Notes: generated from the sequence alone by a model not told the origin. A stretch of 64,000 bases of DNA from Candidatus Micrarchaeota archaeon (GCA_043803815.1 JAZDJR010000031.1:613-64612), one strand, 5' to 3'. Shown: positions 37,117-47,855, numbered from the stretch's first letter. Program-made: numbers and translations.

Positions 37117-38572
37117 CGGGCATCACCAACGGCTGTTTTCTCAGCCAGTTTAAGTCGTCGGAAAATAAGTATCGGATATCGTTGATTCCGAGTTTGAGCA
37201 TGGCCAATCGGTCGATTCCGAATCCCCAGGCCAGACAGGGCGCTTTGATTCCAAGGTTTTCCGTCATTTCTGGGCGAAAGATTCCGGCGCCTCCGAGTTC
37301 CACCCATCCCAAGATCGAATGCTTGGCGTTTAATTGGACGGATGGTTCGGTGAAGGGGTAATATGACGGTTCGAATTTGACTTGTTTGGCGCCGGCAAAT
37401 TCTGTGGCGAATTGTTTGAGCATTCCAAGCAGGTGCTTAAAGTTCAGGTTTTCGCCCGTGATGAATCCTTCCATTTGGTTGAATTCAATCAGGTGCGTGG
37501 CGTCAATCACGTCGGGCCTGTAACAGCGTGCAATGGAAAAGTATTTTCCCGGAATTTGGATTCCTTTGACGAGCTGGCGGCCGGAGTGGCTGGTGGAATG
37601 ACCGCTGGGCAGTACGCGCTTGGCGATTTCTTCGTTCCAGGAATACTGCCATCCGCTGGAAGCCGCGATTCCGCCGGTTTCGTGCGCATTTTTAATCGCC
37701 AGCACGATGGAGCGTTCGGGAAGCTTTCCTGTTTTGGGCTGTTTTAATTGGTAAGTATCCGTCCATTGGCGCGCGGGGTGGTTTTGGGGCTGGAACAAAA
37801 CGTCGAAATGATAAAATTCCTGCGTAATCAAAGGGGATTCCATTTCGACAAATCCGAGTTCGGTTAAGCGCCTTCGGATTTGGTTCAAAAATTGCACATA
37901 GGGCTGTTTTTTTCCGACGAACATATTCGGCGCGGGAGAAGAAATATCATACGAACGCGTTTTGATTTTGGATAATAATTCAATCGCTTGGCTTCCGTTT
38001 TCGGTCAATGCAACGGTCCTGCCGGTCAGGATTTTTTTTTCAATCAGTCCGCGCTGCAAAAATTCGGTTTTGAGTTCTTCGGAAACTTTTCCGTGGCTGT
38101 GGATTTTGTCCAAGCCTTTTTCGCGTTCTTCAAGGCGTTGGCTGTATTCTTTTTCTTTGGACAAGCCTGTGAAATTCAGCTGTCCTGAAATAATGGATAA
38201 AAAACCGTTTTTTTTGTTCCAACCGAAAGCCACGTTGAATTCGTCGGGCAAAAGGCCGGTTTTTTGCTGGCTTTCTTTTAAGGAAACGGGGGAATTTTTT
38301 TCAACGAACTCTAAAAGCCGGATTTCGGGCAGGTCAAGGTTTCGGACTTCGTTTCCCTTGGCGGTCAAAACGAGTTCCTCGCTTAAGTCCTCTTTTTTTT
38401 CAACGAGTCCCTTGCCGCTCAGCCATTCGGTTGCGCGGCGAACCGAATCCAACGGCAGTTTGGCGGTTTCGGCTAATCGGCTTTCGTTGGACCGTTGTTT
38501 GTCGGCCATTGCCAAAAGCGTTTTTCGCTCGATGTCGCTTAATTGTTCCGCTGTTTTTTGCAGGTCTGCCAC
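37103..38572 (-). CDS. pheS: Phenylalanyl-tRNA synthetase alpha subunit
   Basis: 489 aa. N-terminal winged-helix repeats. Class II motifs 2 and 3 (FRPEMTENLGI..., GAGIFRPE; GFGIDRLAMLK). Confidence 0.9.
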   Translation of the reverse strand: MADLQKTAEQLSDIERKTLLAMADKQRSNESRLAETAKLPLDSVRRATEWLSGKGLVEKKEDLSEELVLTAKGNEVRNLDLPEIRLLEFVEKNSPVSLKESQQKTGLLPDEFNVAFGWNKKNGFLSIISGQLNFTGLSKEKEYSQRLEEREKGLDKIHSHGKVSEELKTEFLQRGLIEKKILTGRTVALTENGSQAIELLSKIKTRSYDISSPAPNMFVGKKQPYVQFLNQIRRRLTELGFVEMESPLITQEFYHFDVLFQPQNHPARQWTDTYQLKQPKTGKLPERSIVLAIKNAHETGGIAASSGWQYSWNEEIAKRVLPSGHSTSHSGRQLVKGIQIPGKYFSIARCYRPDVIDATHLIEFNQMEGFITGENLNFKHLLGMLKQFATEFAGAKQVKFEPSYYPFTEPSVQLNAKHSILGWVELGGAGIFRPEMTENLGIKAPCLAWGFGIDRLAMLKLGINDIRYLFSDDLNWLRKQPLVMPDALH

Positions 38573-38624
38573 AAAACCACGCTATTAATGGGCAGCGTTT
38601 GTTTTATAATTTGCCTTTTCCTAA

Positions 38625-39083
38625 TTGGTGGTTATGGCTTTGTTTGTGCTGGATGCCGCCGCGCTCCTGAATTCGCGGTTTTCGTTTGACCAAAAGCACC
38701 GCTACGCAACGCCAAGCCTTGTGTTTGACGAGTGGAAAAGTTATTCGCAAAAATTGCTGGCGGAAAACGCGTTCCAAAACGGCATCTTGTCGGTTATTGA
38801 CCCTTGTCCCCTGTCGGTTTTGGCTGCCCAAAAACTCGCCCAAAAAACCGGAACCAAGCGGTTAAGTGCGGCGGACGAGGCTGTGGTCGCTTTGGCTGTT
38901 GAACTAAAAGAGCGGCGCCAGCGTCCGATTGTCCTGACGGATGATTATTCTGTTCAAAACCTCTTAAAGCACTCCAAAATCAAGTTTATCGGGGTTTTGC
39001 GGGGAGAAATTAAGGAAGCCAAAACCTTTGCAAAACCAGTTAAAACCGCCAAAATCGCCAAAAAGACCCTAAAAACCAATTAA
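38625..39083 (+). CDS. PIN-domain protein
   Basis: LFVLDAAALLN N-terminus. PIN-type acidic residues (LTDDYSVQN). 152 aa. Confidence 0.55.
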   Translation: MVVMALFVLDAAALLNSRFSFDQKHRYATPSLVFDEWKSYSQKLLAENAFQNGILSVIDPCPLSVLAAQKLAQKTGTKRLSAADEAVVALAVELKERRQRPIVLTDDYSVQNLLKHSKIKFIGVLRGEIKEAKTFAKPVKTAKIAKKTLKTN

Positions 39084-39147
39084 TTCATTGTTTTTGGTGA
39101 ATTAGTTATCTTTATATTGGCTAATTGCCGTATTATGTACGGTAAGC

Positions 39148-39507
39148 ATGCTCGTTGAGTTCCTGTATCATTTTTTCAGCATGGACTTGGGCTGGATTAT
39201 CGACTTTACTTTGGGAAACCTGCTTTGGCTCTTTATTTTTGCCGCGTGCGCCTTTTACATGTTTGAAAAAAGGAACTGGTTTTGGTCGACCGTTTTCATC
39301 GTTTTTTTGTGCTGGATTTATATTGACTTTTCAAACGTCATCGGCTGGAAAATCCTGACAAAGGAATTTTGGATGATTAATTTTTTGGTCATGATGGGCG
39401 TTTTGATGTTTTCGGAAACCGACTCCTGGGGAAAAGACAACCTCGTTTTGGTCAATACTATTCGCAGCCTTGCGGTCATCGCGTTTTACAATTTGTTTTT
39501 GGTGTAG
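39148..39507 (+). CDS. Hypothetical membrane protein
   Basis: 119 aa, three TM helices. Confidence 0.4.
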   Translation: MLVEFLYHFFSMDLGWIIDFTLGNLLWLFIFAACAFYMFEKRNWFWSTVFIVFLCWIYIDFSNVIGWKILTKEFWMINFLVMMGVLMFSETDSWGKDNLVLVNTIRSLAVIAFYNLFLV

Positions 39508-39700
39508 GGTGAAAAAAATGGTTTTTTTCAACGCGCTGTACAAGGGATTTGTCCTGTTTGCTTCCATTGGAATCCTATTGACTTTGCTTTCCATGACGAT
39601 TGGCCTTAACATCTGGCTTCCGCGGATTTCCTCGTTTCCCGGATTTTTAATCGGCTACCTGTTCTGCGTATTTATCATTTTGTCCGCGACTTACAAATAG
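39470..39700 (+). CDS. Small hypothetical membrane protein
   Basis: 76 aa, two TM helices. Overlaps the previous ORF. Confidence 0.3.
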   Translation: MRSSRFTICFWCRVKKMVFFNALYKGFVLFASIGILLTLLSMTIGLNIWLPRISSFPGFLIGYLFCVFIILSATYK

Positions 39701-39710
39701 GTTTTCGGTT

Positions 39711-40226
39711 TTACTTTTTTTGGCCGGGTTCCCTGAAAAACCAGATTCCAAGACCGAAGGTAAAAACCAGGTTTCCGGCGATGTGCGTCAGTATCATGGG
39801 AAACGATTCGGTGATGGCCGCGCTTGGATAAACAAAGTCCGCGTTCCATAATCGGTAAATTATTTCATACACGATTGTGGCGACAATGACGGTTCCCAGG
39901 TATTTTTCGCGGTTTGCATAGCGTCCCAGATATCCTGCGATTCCGCCGGCAAGTGCGGAATAAACCATGGCAAACCCGATGCCGCCGAATTGCCCTAAAA
40001 AAATATTGCCCAGTGCGTAGCCGCCGGCGCCGACCGCAAACCCGTAGCGTCCGCCGTAAAACAGTCCCGCCAAGACCGCAAGGGGAATAACGGGTTCGAT
40101 TCCGGTTATATTGGTCAGGTTTCCGAACAATACGCGTCCGGCAACCGCCAGTAGGAACAAGGCGCCGAATGTTACAATGGATTCTTGGACCGCGGTTTTG
40201 GTTTCTGCCATGCTGTTTTTGGGCAT
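39711..40226 (-). CDS. Polytopic membrane protein (possibly an ECF-transporter S component or vitamin-uptake family)
   Basis: 171 aa. Gly-rich TM helices (GGRYGFAVGAGGYALGNIFLGQFGGIGFAMVYS). Confidence 0.5.
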   Translation of the reverse strand: MPKNSMAETKTAVQESIVTFGALFLLAVAGRVLFGNLTNITGIEPVIPLAVLAGLFYGGRYGFAVGAGGYALGNIFLGQFGGIGFAMVYSALAGGIAGYLGRYANREKYLGTVIVATIVYEIIYRLWNADFVYPSAAITESFPMILTHIAGNLVFTFGLGIWFFREPGQKK

Positions 40227-40279
40227 GGAACGGTTTTTTATGCTGTCGAAGCCTATTTTTTTTGAGCGGCGGTGCGGAA

Positions 40280-40588
40280 ATGGGCTTGGATGATAATCAA
40301 AAATTTGACCGGCTGTTAAGCGGCGTTTTCTGGTTTGTTTTGGGTTTTGCTTTGGTTTTGTTTGTTTTGATTGTTTTTCGGCCGCCGTTTTTTTTAAGCC
40401 TGGTCAATCCGGCTTTGATTGCGGTTGGAATTCATCCGTTGTGGGGCTGGCTGCGTTCAACCGTTGATTTTTTGTTTTCGCGATTCGGAATTTTTTTCGT
40501 GTTCGCCCTGATTTTGGTTTTTTGGTGGATTTTTTTCCGCGGAATAAAAGAGCAAAAAGACCGGATTAAAAAGCAGGGCGAAAAATAG
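40280..40588 (+). CDS. Small hypothetical membrane protein
   Basis: Internal Met chosen to avoid the divergent-gene overlap. Three TM helices. Confidence 0.3.
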   Translation: MGLDDNQKFDRLLSGVFWFVLGFALVLFVLIVFRPPFFLSLVNPALIAVGIHPLWGWLRSTVDFLFSRFGIFFVFALILVFWWIFFRGIKEQKDRIKKQGEK

Positions 40589-40591
40589 CAT

Positions 40592-41407
40592 TTAGGTTTC
40601 GATTTCGGTTTCTTCTTTTTCGTTTTTTTGTTCCAAAGACGAGTTTTCGATTAAATAATGCTCGGCTTTTTGCTGGATGCTGCGCCGCTTGAAATATACA
40701 ATTCCCAAAAAAACCAAAAGGACCGCAACGATGTAGCCGGCTTGTCCGTTTTGGACAAACTGAATGAATAATTTGCTGATTCCGACATTGGGCGCGATTT
40801 CTTTTTCAATCGAATAATTAAGCTGCAGGTTTCCGGAAATCGTCAGGTGTCCGCTCCAGATGATGCGCTTGTTTTGGATTGTCTGGTCTATAAGGCTTTG
40901 CTGTTCAAGCCCCGGTTTGAGAGAAGCCAAATCGATTTGGGTCTGATGCGGCAATTGAATGACGATTTTGGTGTTGCTTGGAATGACAAAAACAGAGCCT
41001 TGCCGCAAAGATTCGAACGCGCCCGAATTGATGGAATAATTGGTTTGCCGGACGGTTTCGCTGGCCGCAAAAAGCGGATTTTTGGTGGTATATTCGAGTT
41101 TGACGAACCGGTCGCCTTCTTTTTCCTCGTACGTAATCCGCCCTTGTTCGATGGCGCCGATATAATTGTGGATATTGCCGTCAAAGGCCTGCCAGGAATC
41201 CAGGTCCGCTCCAAGCGCCTGGGCCTGCTGCTGAAAATTCGTGATTTCGCGCTCCGAATCAAACAGCAGGTAAAACCGCTCGACCACCTGCGTCTTACCC
41301 ACAGAGTCGACCGTGATTTCAATGACATGCTGGTTAATCGTCCGTGCGCTGGCATTGAATGCCAATAATAAAACCAAGCCGACAATTGCAAGCGATTTGA
41401 AGTTCAT
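40592..41407 (-). CDS. Secreted or surface protein with N-terminal signal peptide and C-terminal TM anchor
   Basis: 271 aa. MNFKSLAIVGLVLLLAFNASA signal peptide. C-terminal AGYIVAVLLVFLGIVYFKRR anchor plus an acidic tail. Confidence 0.55.
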   Translation of the reverse strand: MNFKSLAIVGLVLLLAFNASARTINQHVIEITVDSVGKTQVVERFYLLFDSEREITNFQQQAQALGADLDSWQAFDGNIHNYIGAIEQGRITYEEKEGDRFVKLEYTTKNPLFAASETVRQTNYSINSGAFESLRQGSVFVIPSNTKIVIQLPHQTQIDLASLKPGLEQQSLIDQTIQNKRIIWSGHLTISGNLQLNYSIEKEIAPNVGISKLFIQFVQNGQAGYIVAVLLVFLGIVYFKRRSIQQKAEHYLIENSSLEQKNEKEETEIET

Positions 41408-41423
41408 GCAGTATTAGTATAAA

Positions 41424-41987
41424 TTAGGACTTTTTAATCCTAAAGTTTGGCGAAAAATACCCAAACAATAGGGCGCAGGAAGCCAAGGCGATTCCGATTC
41501 CGAATCCGAACGGAATTTCGGGGACGCTGGCAGGGCCTGAACTGGAAATAATAGTGATAACCGCTGCGCTTTGGTGAACCGAATTGCCGTTGCAATAAAC
41601 CGTTGCCTGGATGCGATAATTATCAAGCGGCGTGCTGGTTGGAAGGTTTAGCGCACCCTTGAGAAACTGAACCGTTGCCGTGCCGTTGGGTACTGTTGGT
41701 GCAGTAAAACTCACGATTTTAGGAATCGGCGAACTTAACGCGGTTACACCCGTATCAGCGTTATTAATGTCCAGCCAGACTTGGGCTATAGGAGTGCAAC
41801 CCATACCGTTTCCAATATCTTTTACTATGACATCCACTCGTTCTAATGTGGCAATAGAAACCGCGCGTACGGGAGTTGCCACGGAGGTTTGAAAAAGTTG
41901 GATGTCGCTGACTACTAATGGCAATGCAAAGGAAGCGGGAATAACCATTGCCAGCAGGAACAAAATCGCAATTTTGCGCATGGTCAA
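41424..41987 (-). CDS. Secreted beta-rich surface protein with C-terminal PGF/PEF-CTERM-like sorting signal
   Basis: Signal peptide MTMRKIAILFLLAMVIPASFA. C-terminus PEIPFGFGIGIALASCALLFGYF...RIKKS (Pro/Gly/Phe motif, TM, basic tail). Confidence 0.55.
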   Translation of the reverse strand: MTMRKIAILFLLAMVIPASFALPLVVSDIQLFQTSVATPVRAVSIATLERVDVIVKDIGNGMGCTPIAQVWLDINNADTGVTALSSPIPKIVSFTAPTVPNGTATVQFLKGALNLPTSTPLDNYRIQATVYCNGNSVHQSAAVITIISSSGPASVPEIPFGFGIGIALASCALLFGYFSPNFRIKKS

Positions 41988-42124
41988 TTGTTGTTTTTCG
42001 TACTATAAAAGAAATTGGTTTTGGATGCCGTTTCAATTTGGGCAAACTTTTTTAATGCGGTGGTGCGGGTTTTCCCGAAAAATCGCTTTTAAACTGTTTG
42101 GCATGATATTATTTTGGTCAAAGC

Positions 42125-42811
42125 ATGGCGGTTGTTCGTTTTTTGGGTCATTCGTTTTTTCGGATTTCGTTTAAAGGCTGCAATGTTTTAATCGACCCGT
42201 TTATCAAGGAAAAGTCCCCCAACCCCGATTTTATGCGCCTCGAAAAAACCGCGGCCAAGGAAAAAGATTTCAAAAACGTGGATATCGTTTTGATTTCCAA
42301 CGAGCACTTCGACCATTTTGAAAAAGAACTGGTCGAGAAAATCGTGCAGGACAACGGCGGCTGCGTGGTGGGGCATGAGAGCCTGCTTCGCCAGATGAAT
42401 TTGTCCCGGCGCTTTATGCAGCCTTTGGGAGTCGGGCAATCCTTGGCTTTGCGAAAAATCAGGATTACTGGAATGCCCGCGCATCATCCGCCTTCGTTTT
42501 ATCCTTTGGGCTTTTTATTGGAAGGCGACGGCCAAAAAATTTATCACGCCGGAGACACCGAATTATTGGACGAGTTCGAATTGCATGGCCCCGATCTGGT
42601 CTTGCTTCCAATCGGCGGCTACCAGACCATGGATTGCGTGGACGCGGTCCGCGCGGTCAAGTCCATGAAGCCGACCTATGCGATTCCCATGCATTACAAT
42701 ACTTTTGCCATGATGAAAGCCGACCCGAACGAATTCAAAAGCAAAATCGAAAAAAGCATTTTGAAAACCAAGCCTATTATTCTAAAGCCCGGGCAGTCGT
42801 TTAAGTTCTGA
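42125..42811 (+). CDS. UPF0173-family MBL-fold metal-dependent hydrolase
   Basis: MAVVRFLGHSFFRISFKGCNVLIDPF N-terminus typical of UPF0173. HFDHF metal-binding motif. Confidence 0.75.
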   Translation: MAVVRFLGHSFFRISFKGCNVLIDPFIKEKSPNPDFMRLEKTAAKEKDFKNVDIVLISNEHFDHFEKELVEKIVQDNGGCVVGHESLLRQMNLSRRFMQPLGVGQSLALRKIRITGMPAHHPPSFYPLGFLLEGDGQKIYHAGDTELLDEFELHGPDLVLLPIGGYQTMDCVDAVRAVKSMKPTYAIPMHYNTFAMMKADPNEFKSKIEKSILKTKPIILKPGQSFKF

Positions 42812-42812
42812 C

Positions 42813-43475
42813 TTGTTGGTTGGTATGTTGCGTCCGGCTAAGTCGATTGCGAAAAAAAGACGGATTGCAAACGAAAAAAGGTTTGATAACTTTCGGTCCA
42901 AGAAGTACCCTTTGCGGGAATTTCTTGAAGACGTGAAATTTAAGGACTATTTTTTGGACCCGATTAAAACTTCCGAGGGAATCAAGTACCGAAAAATTCT
43001 TCGGCATGGCAAACCGCTTTTGGGCGCCTTTAAACCGTTTTTTGTTCCTTTCGGAAAAGAAACTTTTGCCGTTAAACTGGTACACGCTTACTATGAGTCT
43101 CCCCTTGCTCTTTGCGTTGGGGATGTTGCCCAGACAAGAGGCGTTTTTTGCCAGGTTAAACTGGCTTTTGCTAGGGGCGCGGTCCTAATCGAATCGATTC
43201 AAGGTACAAAGGGACGCCAGGGCCAATTGAACGATTTTTCGGCCGCTGTTGGAATGCCGTGGCCGAATTTTTTGGTGAAAAAATTGGAAGCAACCGGCCG
43301 AAGGCTTGGTTACAGGGAAATCCGATTGTGGGACGTCGAATCCAGCTCTTCGTACAAAAAACACCTGCAGGACGCTCCAGAAACGGCCAAACGCATGCTT
43401 TCTTTTTACCGAATTCTCCAAAAAAAACTGGGTTTTTCCGAAAAGCGCGGCGACTACTGGGTGAAACGGCTTTAG
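42813..43475 (+). CDS. Hypothetical protein
   Basis: 220 aa. The start overlaps the upstream stop. Confidence 0.45.
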   Translation: MLVGMLRPAKSIAKKRRIANEKRFDNFRSKKYPLREFLEDVKFKDYFLDPIKTSEGIKYRKILRHGKPLLGAFKPFFVPFGKETFAVKLVHAYYESPLALCVGDVAQTRGVFCQVKLAFARGAVLIESIQGTKGRQGQLNDFSAAVGMPWPNFLVKKLEATGRRLGYREIRLWDVESSSSYKKHLQDAPETAKRMLSFYRILQKKLGFSEKRGDYWVKRL

Positions 43476-44221
43476 AGCAGGATGTCTTCCTGTCCGATTT
43501 CTTCTTCCGCGGTTTTAAGGTCTTCGATTGTGGAGATGTCCCAGATTTTTTGTTTGGCCAGGACAAACCCGACTTTTTTTTTGGCGGCGAGGTTTTTCAG
43601 GGTGTCCGTGAGTTCGAATTCGCGGCGCAGGGAATTGATTTTGGTTTTTTCAAGGGCTTCGAAAATTTTTGGGGAAAATTTGTAGCAGCCGGCGTTGACC
43701 AGGTCGGTTTTGGGTTTGCCCGGCTTTTCGATTATTTCCGTAACCGCCTTTCCTTTGGTTGAAACGACGCCGAATTGTTCGGGGCGGTCTTCTTTTCGCA
43801 GGGTCATGACCGCGTCGAATTTTTTGATTTTCATTAATGCTTTCCAGTGTGCTGCCGGCGCGATGACGTCGCAGTGTGCCATCAAAAAATCCGCGGTAAT
43901 TGTTTTTTTGGCCTGCAATAATGCGTGCGCGGTTCCGAACTGCTGTTTTTGTTTTACGTAAACGATTTTCATTTTTTTGAGTCGGTTGCCGAAAAAGTTT
44001 TCGATTTGTTCTCCCATGTATCCGGTGACTACGGTGCATTCTTTTATTCCGGCTTTTTCAAACGCTTCCAATACGTGGCCGACCAATGGTTTGGCGCCGA
44101 GTTCGACGAGTGCCTTGGGCTTGGCATCCGTCAGCGGAGCCAGGCGGGTTCCTTTTCCTGCGGCTAAAATGACGGCTTGCATGGTTTTCAGTACACTTGG
44201 TTTCTTCGGGTTAAAAAACAA
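43472..44221 (-). CDS. Sugar-phosphate nucleotidyltransferase (NTP-transferase family)
   Basis: MQAVILAAGKGTRLAPLTDAKPKALVEL signature. Confidence 0.8.
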   Translation of the reverse strand: MFFNPKKPSVLKTMQAVILAAGKGTRLAPLTDAKPKALVELGAKPLVGHVLEAFEKAGIKECTVVTGYMGEQIENFFGNRLKKMKIVYVKQKQQFGTAHALLQAKKTITADFLMAHCDVIAPAAHWKALMKIKKFDAVMTLRKEDRPEQFGVVSTKGKAVTEIIEKPGKPKTDLVNAGCYKFSPKIFEALEKTKINSLRREFELTDTLKNLAAKKKVGFVLAKQKIWDISTIEDLKTAEEEIGQEDILL

Positions 44222-44235
44222 ATTGTTTTTTTAAA

Positions 44236-44781
44236 CTATTTGTCGTTGTGGTCCAAGGATGGCCGCGGCACGTTAAGCCCCATTTGTTCGATAAAAACCG
44301 TCATGGTAATGGCGACGCGGTAGGGATTTCGAGGGGACTCCGGATACATTTTTGCGAATAAGTGCTGGACTTGCTCGCGGACGAGTTTTTCAAGGGTGAA
44401 ATCAAGGCCTTTAAGGTGGGGGTTTTGCTGGCGGTATTGGTCGCAGCGTTCCATCAGGGTTTGAACGGTTTCCATGAATTGCCGGGATTTTTCAGGTTCG
44501 ACTCTTTGCATTTCTCCGGTTATTTTTTCGAAGTTGCGCATGCGAACGGCCATGAGCCGTTCTTCTTCTTCGTTTTTTTGGCGGCTCCACTCGCGTTCAA
44601 GCAGTCCTTGGCCAGCGTGCTCCCGATTTGTTTTGCTTCGTTCTTCCAAAAATTTTTGGCGTTCCGGAAAGCTCATGCGATTCCATTGCGTTTCCTGCCG
44701 GTGCTGTTCCCAGCGGCTTTTGACGGCTTCTTTGGCATTTTCGCCGACCGCGCGAAAAATACCCCGAATAAGTCCGGCCAT
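44236..44781 (-). CDS. Hypothetical coiled-coil protein
   Basis: 181 aa, Glu/Arg/Gln-rich. Confidence 0.45.
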   Translation of the reverse strand: MAGLIRGIFRAVGENAKEAVKSRWEQHRQETQWNRMSFPERQKFLEERSKTNREHAGQGLLEREWSRQKNEEEERLMAVRMRNFEKITGEMQRVEPEKSRQFMETVQTLMERCDQYRQQNPHLKGLDFTLEKLVREQVQHLFAKMYPESPRNPYRVAITMTVFIEQMGLNVPRPSLDHNDK

Positions 44782-44784
44782 TTT

Positions 44785-45699
44785 TTACACCTTAATCGTA
44801 ATCGATTCCAAATCCTTTGCGACTGTACAGTTTTTGAAAATCGCCTGTGCGTCCGCCGCAAGGTCGTCTCCGGTTTTGTGGCGCGAGGACAAGTGCGTGA
44901 GAATCAATTGTTTGGCTTTTGTTTTGGCTGCGGTTTTGGCGGCGTCCGTTGCGGTCGAGTGCTGGGTTTCTTTGGCGCGTTTGGCGTGTTCGCTTCCGAA
45001 AGTGGCTTCATGAATCAAAACGTCGGAATTGGCAATCGCTTTGTGGTATTGCCTGCCGGGCGCGGTGTCCACGATGTACGAGATTTTGGCGCCGTTTTTT
45101 TTCTTGGAAGAATCCATCACCCTTTTTGGCGAGATTGTTTTTCCGTTGAGTTTGATGCTTTTTCCGGATTGGAGCTTTCGCCACAAGGGACCTTCCGGAA
45201 TTTTTAGCGAAATCGCTTTTTCGCGCAAAAACTTTCCTGGTTTTTGGGCCTGTTCAAACACCAGTCCGTAGCAGTCGATTTCGTGTTTGAGCAAAACCGC
45301 GGAAATGGCGTACTCGCCGTTTTCAACGAGGGTGCCGTTGGTCATTTCTTCGATTTTGATTTCAAACCCGGTTTTTGGCGCCAAGCGAACCAATAACTGT
45401 GTTTTGGGTTTCCACCCTTTTGGGCAAAAAATGGTCAATGGTTCCTGGCGCTGGTGCATCTGCATGGTTGCAATCAGGCCCGGCAAGCCGAGCACGTGGT
45501 CCAGATGCAGGTGAGTGAGAAATATTTTGGAAATTTTCATGTAGGATACGCCCGAGCAAAGCATTTGGCGCTGGCATCCTTCTGGGCAGTCAAACAGTAT
45601 CCATTCCCCAAGATATCGAATCGCCAGGCTGGACAGGTTTCGTTCAGGGGTCGGCGCCGCGGCCGCGGTTCCCAAAAAAACGATTTGAACGGGTTCCAT
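44785..45699 (-). CDS. rnz: Ribonuclease Z (tRNA 3' processing, MBL fold)
   Basis: HLHLDHVLGLPGL (HxHxDH). C-terminal His motifs. Confidence 0.85.
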   Translation of the reverse strand: MEPVQIVFLGTAAAAPTPERNLSSLAIRYLGEWILFDCPEGCQRQMLCSGVSYMKISKIFLTHLHLDHVLGLPGLIATMQMHQRQEPLTIFCPKGWKPKTQLLVRLAPKTGFEIKIEEMTNGTLVENGEYAISAVLLKHEIDCYGLVFEQAQKPGKFLREKAISLKIPEGPLWRKLQSGKSIKLNGKTISPKRVMDSSKKKNGAKISYIVDTAPGRQYHKAIANSDVLIHEATFGSEHAKRAKETQHSTATDAAKTAAKTKAKQLILTHLSSRHKTGDDLAADAQAIFKNCTVAKDLESITIKV

Positions 45700-45830
45700 A
45701 CTAAAGGAATGGATACACCCGATTTTTAATGTTCGGTTTGTCTTGATTGGCCCAACCGCGATTCGTTTTTGGCCGTCCTAAATCCGGTTTTTTTTCGGGT
45801 TATTGCACTAACATTTAATTATTAAAATCA

Positions 45831-47789
45831 ATGCTGAAAAGTTATAATATGGCAAAAAAAACCGCGGAAACCCCCCAAAAAACCGATTCCTCAAGCGAAT
45901 TGGTGGATACAACAACCATCGAAGTCCCAAAGCGCCTCGTTGACCAGGTTATCGGCCAGGATGATTCGGTTGAAATTATCCGAAAAGCGGCCGCCCAAAA
46001 AAGAAATGTTTTGCTGATTGGGATTCCCGGCACGGGAAAATCCATGCTGGCGCAGGCCATGTCTGAAATTTTGCCGGTTTCCAAGCTTGAGGATATTTTG
46101 GTGTATCCCAATTCAATGGACCCGAACAATCCCAAGGTTCGCGTGGTAAAAGCCGGTGTTGGAAAAAGCATCGTTCAAAAATTGCGTTTGGAAGCGATGG
46201 CCGAAGAAGACAAGGTCCGCACATTCGGCATGCTGTTGTCCCTGGGCTGGTTTTTGTTTGCGTATTTTATCTGGCGATTCGGCTGGATTTCGGATATCAT
46301 TTATGCGGCCCTGCTGATTTTGGGCGCTTTGGTTCTGATTGGATTCAGTCTGGGCAACCAGATGCGTCCGCGCCAAACCAAGCGAACCCCGAAATTACTG
46401 GTGGATAATTTCGGGAAAAAAGTCGCGCCTTTTGCGGAAGCGACCGGCGCAAGAGCAGGTTCTTTGCTTGGTGACGTTCGTCATGACCCGTTGCAAAGTG
46501 GCGGTCTTGGGACTCCCGCGCACCTGCGCGTGGAACCCGGCATGATTCATCGCGCGAACGGCGGTGTTTTGTTTGTCGATGAAATCGCGACTTTGTCCCC
46601 GCGCGGCCAGCAGGAATTGCTGACTGCCATGCAGGAAAAAAAATATTCGATTACTGGCCAAAGCGAAAACAGTTCCGGGGCGATGACGCGAACCGACCCG
46701 GTTCCGTGCGATTTTGTTCTGGTAGCCGCGGGCAATTATCAGGATTTGGAACACGTGCATCCCGCCTTGCGCAGCCGAATTCGCGGATACGGCTATGAAG
46801 TGTACATGAACGCGGATATGCCGGATACGCAGGAGAACCGCAAAAAAATCGTGCAGTTTGTCGCGCAGGAAGTCAAAAAAGACGGCAAGATTCCTCATTT
46901 TTCAAAAGAAGCGGTCGAATTGATTTTGTTCGAGGCCAAGCGCAGGGCTGGCCGAAAGAACCGCCTGACCTTAAAGCTTCGCGATTTGGGCGGTCTGGTC
47001 CGGACCGCGGGGGATTTAGCCAAGGAAAAAGGCCATGCGATGGTTTCGGCGGATGACGTGTTTGAAGCCAAAATGTCGGCGAGGACTTTGGAGCAGCAAA
47101 TGGTCGGAAAAGCCCTGGACCAGCGAATGGATTATGATATTTATTTGACTACGGGCAGCGTTATCGGCCGCGTGAACGGCTTGGCGGTTTCCGGCGACGG
47201 AAGCGCGGGAATGATTTTGCCGATTGAAGCCGAAGTCGCGCCGGCGCAGTCCAGTTCGGAGGGAAAAATAATCGCCACGGGAAAACTCGGCGAGATTGCA
47301 AAAGAAGCCGTGCTGAATGTTTCCGCGTTGTTTAAGCGCCTGTCGGGAAAAGACGTTTCGCGCCACGATTTGCACATCCAGTTTTTGCAGACGTATGAAG
47401 GAGTCGAGGGGGATTCCGCTTCGATTTCGGTTGCAACCGCGGTCATCAGCGCCATGGAGCGCATTCCGGTCCGCCAGGATCTGGCCATGACCGGCAGTCT
47501 GTCCGTTCGCGGGGAAGTCTTGCCCGTAGGCGGAGTCACTTCAAAAGTCGATGCTGCAATCAAAGCCGGTTTTGGAACCGTAATCGTTCCCAAATCCAAC
47601 CTTGAAGATATTATCTTGTCGGAAGAAGACCGTTCAAAAATAATAATCATTCCGGTTACTACTTTGCCCGAAGTGCTGGATGTCGCGTTTGAAAAAAGCG
47701 ATTCCAAAAAGCGTTTTTTGGACAACTGGAAAAAAATTTTCACGATTGATTTTAAAAAACTCGTGGCAAGCTCTCCAAATTCCCCCTAA
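45831..47789 (+). CDS. lon: Archaeal membrane-anchored Lon protease (LonB)
   Basis: AAA+ Walker [11 protein letters not shown] hairpin inserted in the ATPase domain ([15 protein letters not shown]...[11 protein letters not shown]). C-terminal Ser-Lys protease domain ([20 protein letters not shown]). Confidence 0.9.
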   Translation: MLKSYNMAKKTAETPQKTDSSSELVDTTTIEVPKRLVDQVIGQDDSVEIIRKAAAQKRNVLLIGIPGTGKSMLAQAMSEILPVSKLEDILVYPNSMDPNNPKVRVVKAGVGKSIVQKLRLEAMAEEDKVRTFGMLLSLGWFLFAYFIWRFGWISDIIYAALLILGALVLIGFSLGNQMRPRQTKRTPKLLVDNFGKKVAPFAEATGARAGSLLGDVRHDPLQSGGLGTPAHLRVEPGMIHRANGGVLFVDEIATLSPRGQQELLTAMQEKKYSITGQSENSSGAMTRTDPVPCDFVLVAAGNYQDLEHVHPALRSRIRGYGYEVYMNADMPDTQENRKKIVQFVAQEVKKDGKIPHFSKEAVELILFEAKRRAGRKNRLTLKLRDLGGLVRTAGDLAKEKGHAMVSADDVFEAKMSARTLEQQMVGKALDQRMDYDIYLTTGSVIGRVNGLAVSGDGSAGMILPIEAEVAPAQSSSEGKIIATGKLGEIAKEAVLNVSALFKRLSGKDVSRHDLHIQFLQTYEGVEGDSASISVATAVISAMERIPVRQDLAMTGSLSVRGEVLPVGGVTSKVDAAIKAGFGTVIVPKSNLEDIILSEEDRSKIIIIPVTTLPEVLDVAFEKSDSKKRFLDNWKKIFTIDFKKLVASSPNSP

Positions 47790-47855
47790 AAACTGATTGA
47801 ATCGTGTTTTGGGCGTTGGTTTCTCTTTTTTAATCCTTTTTTAGTTTCTTTTTTT

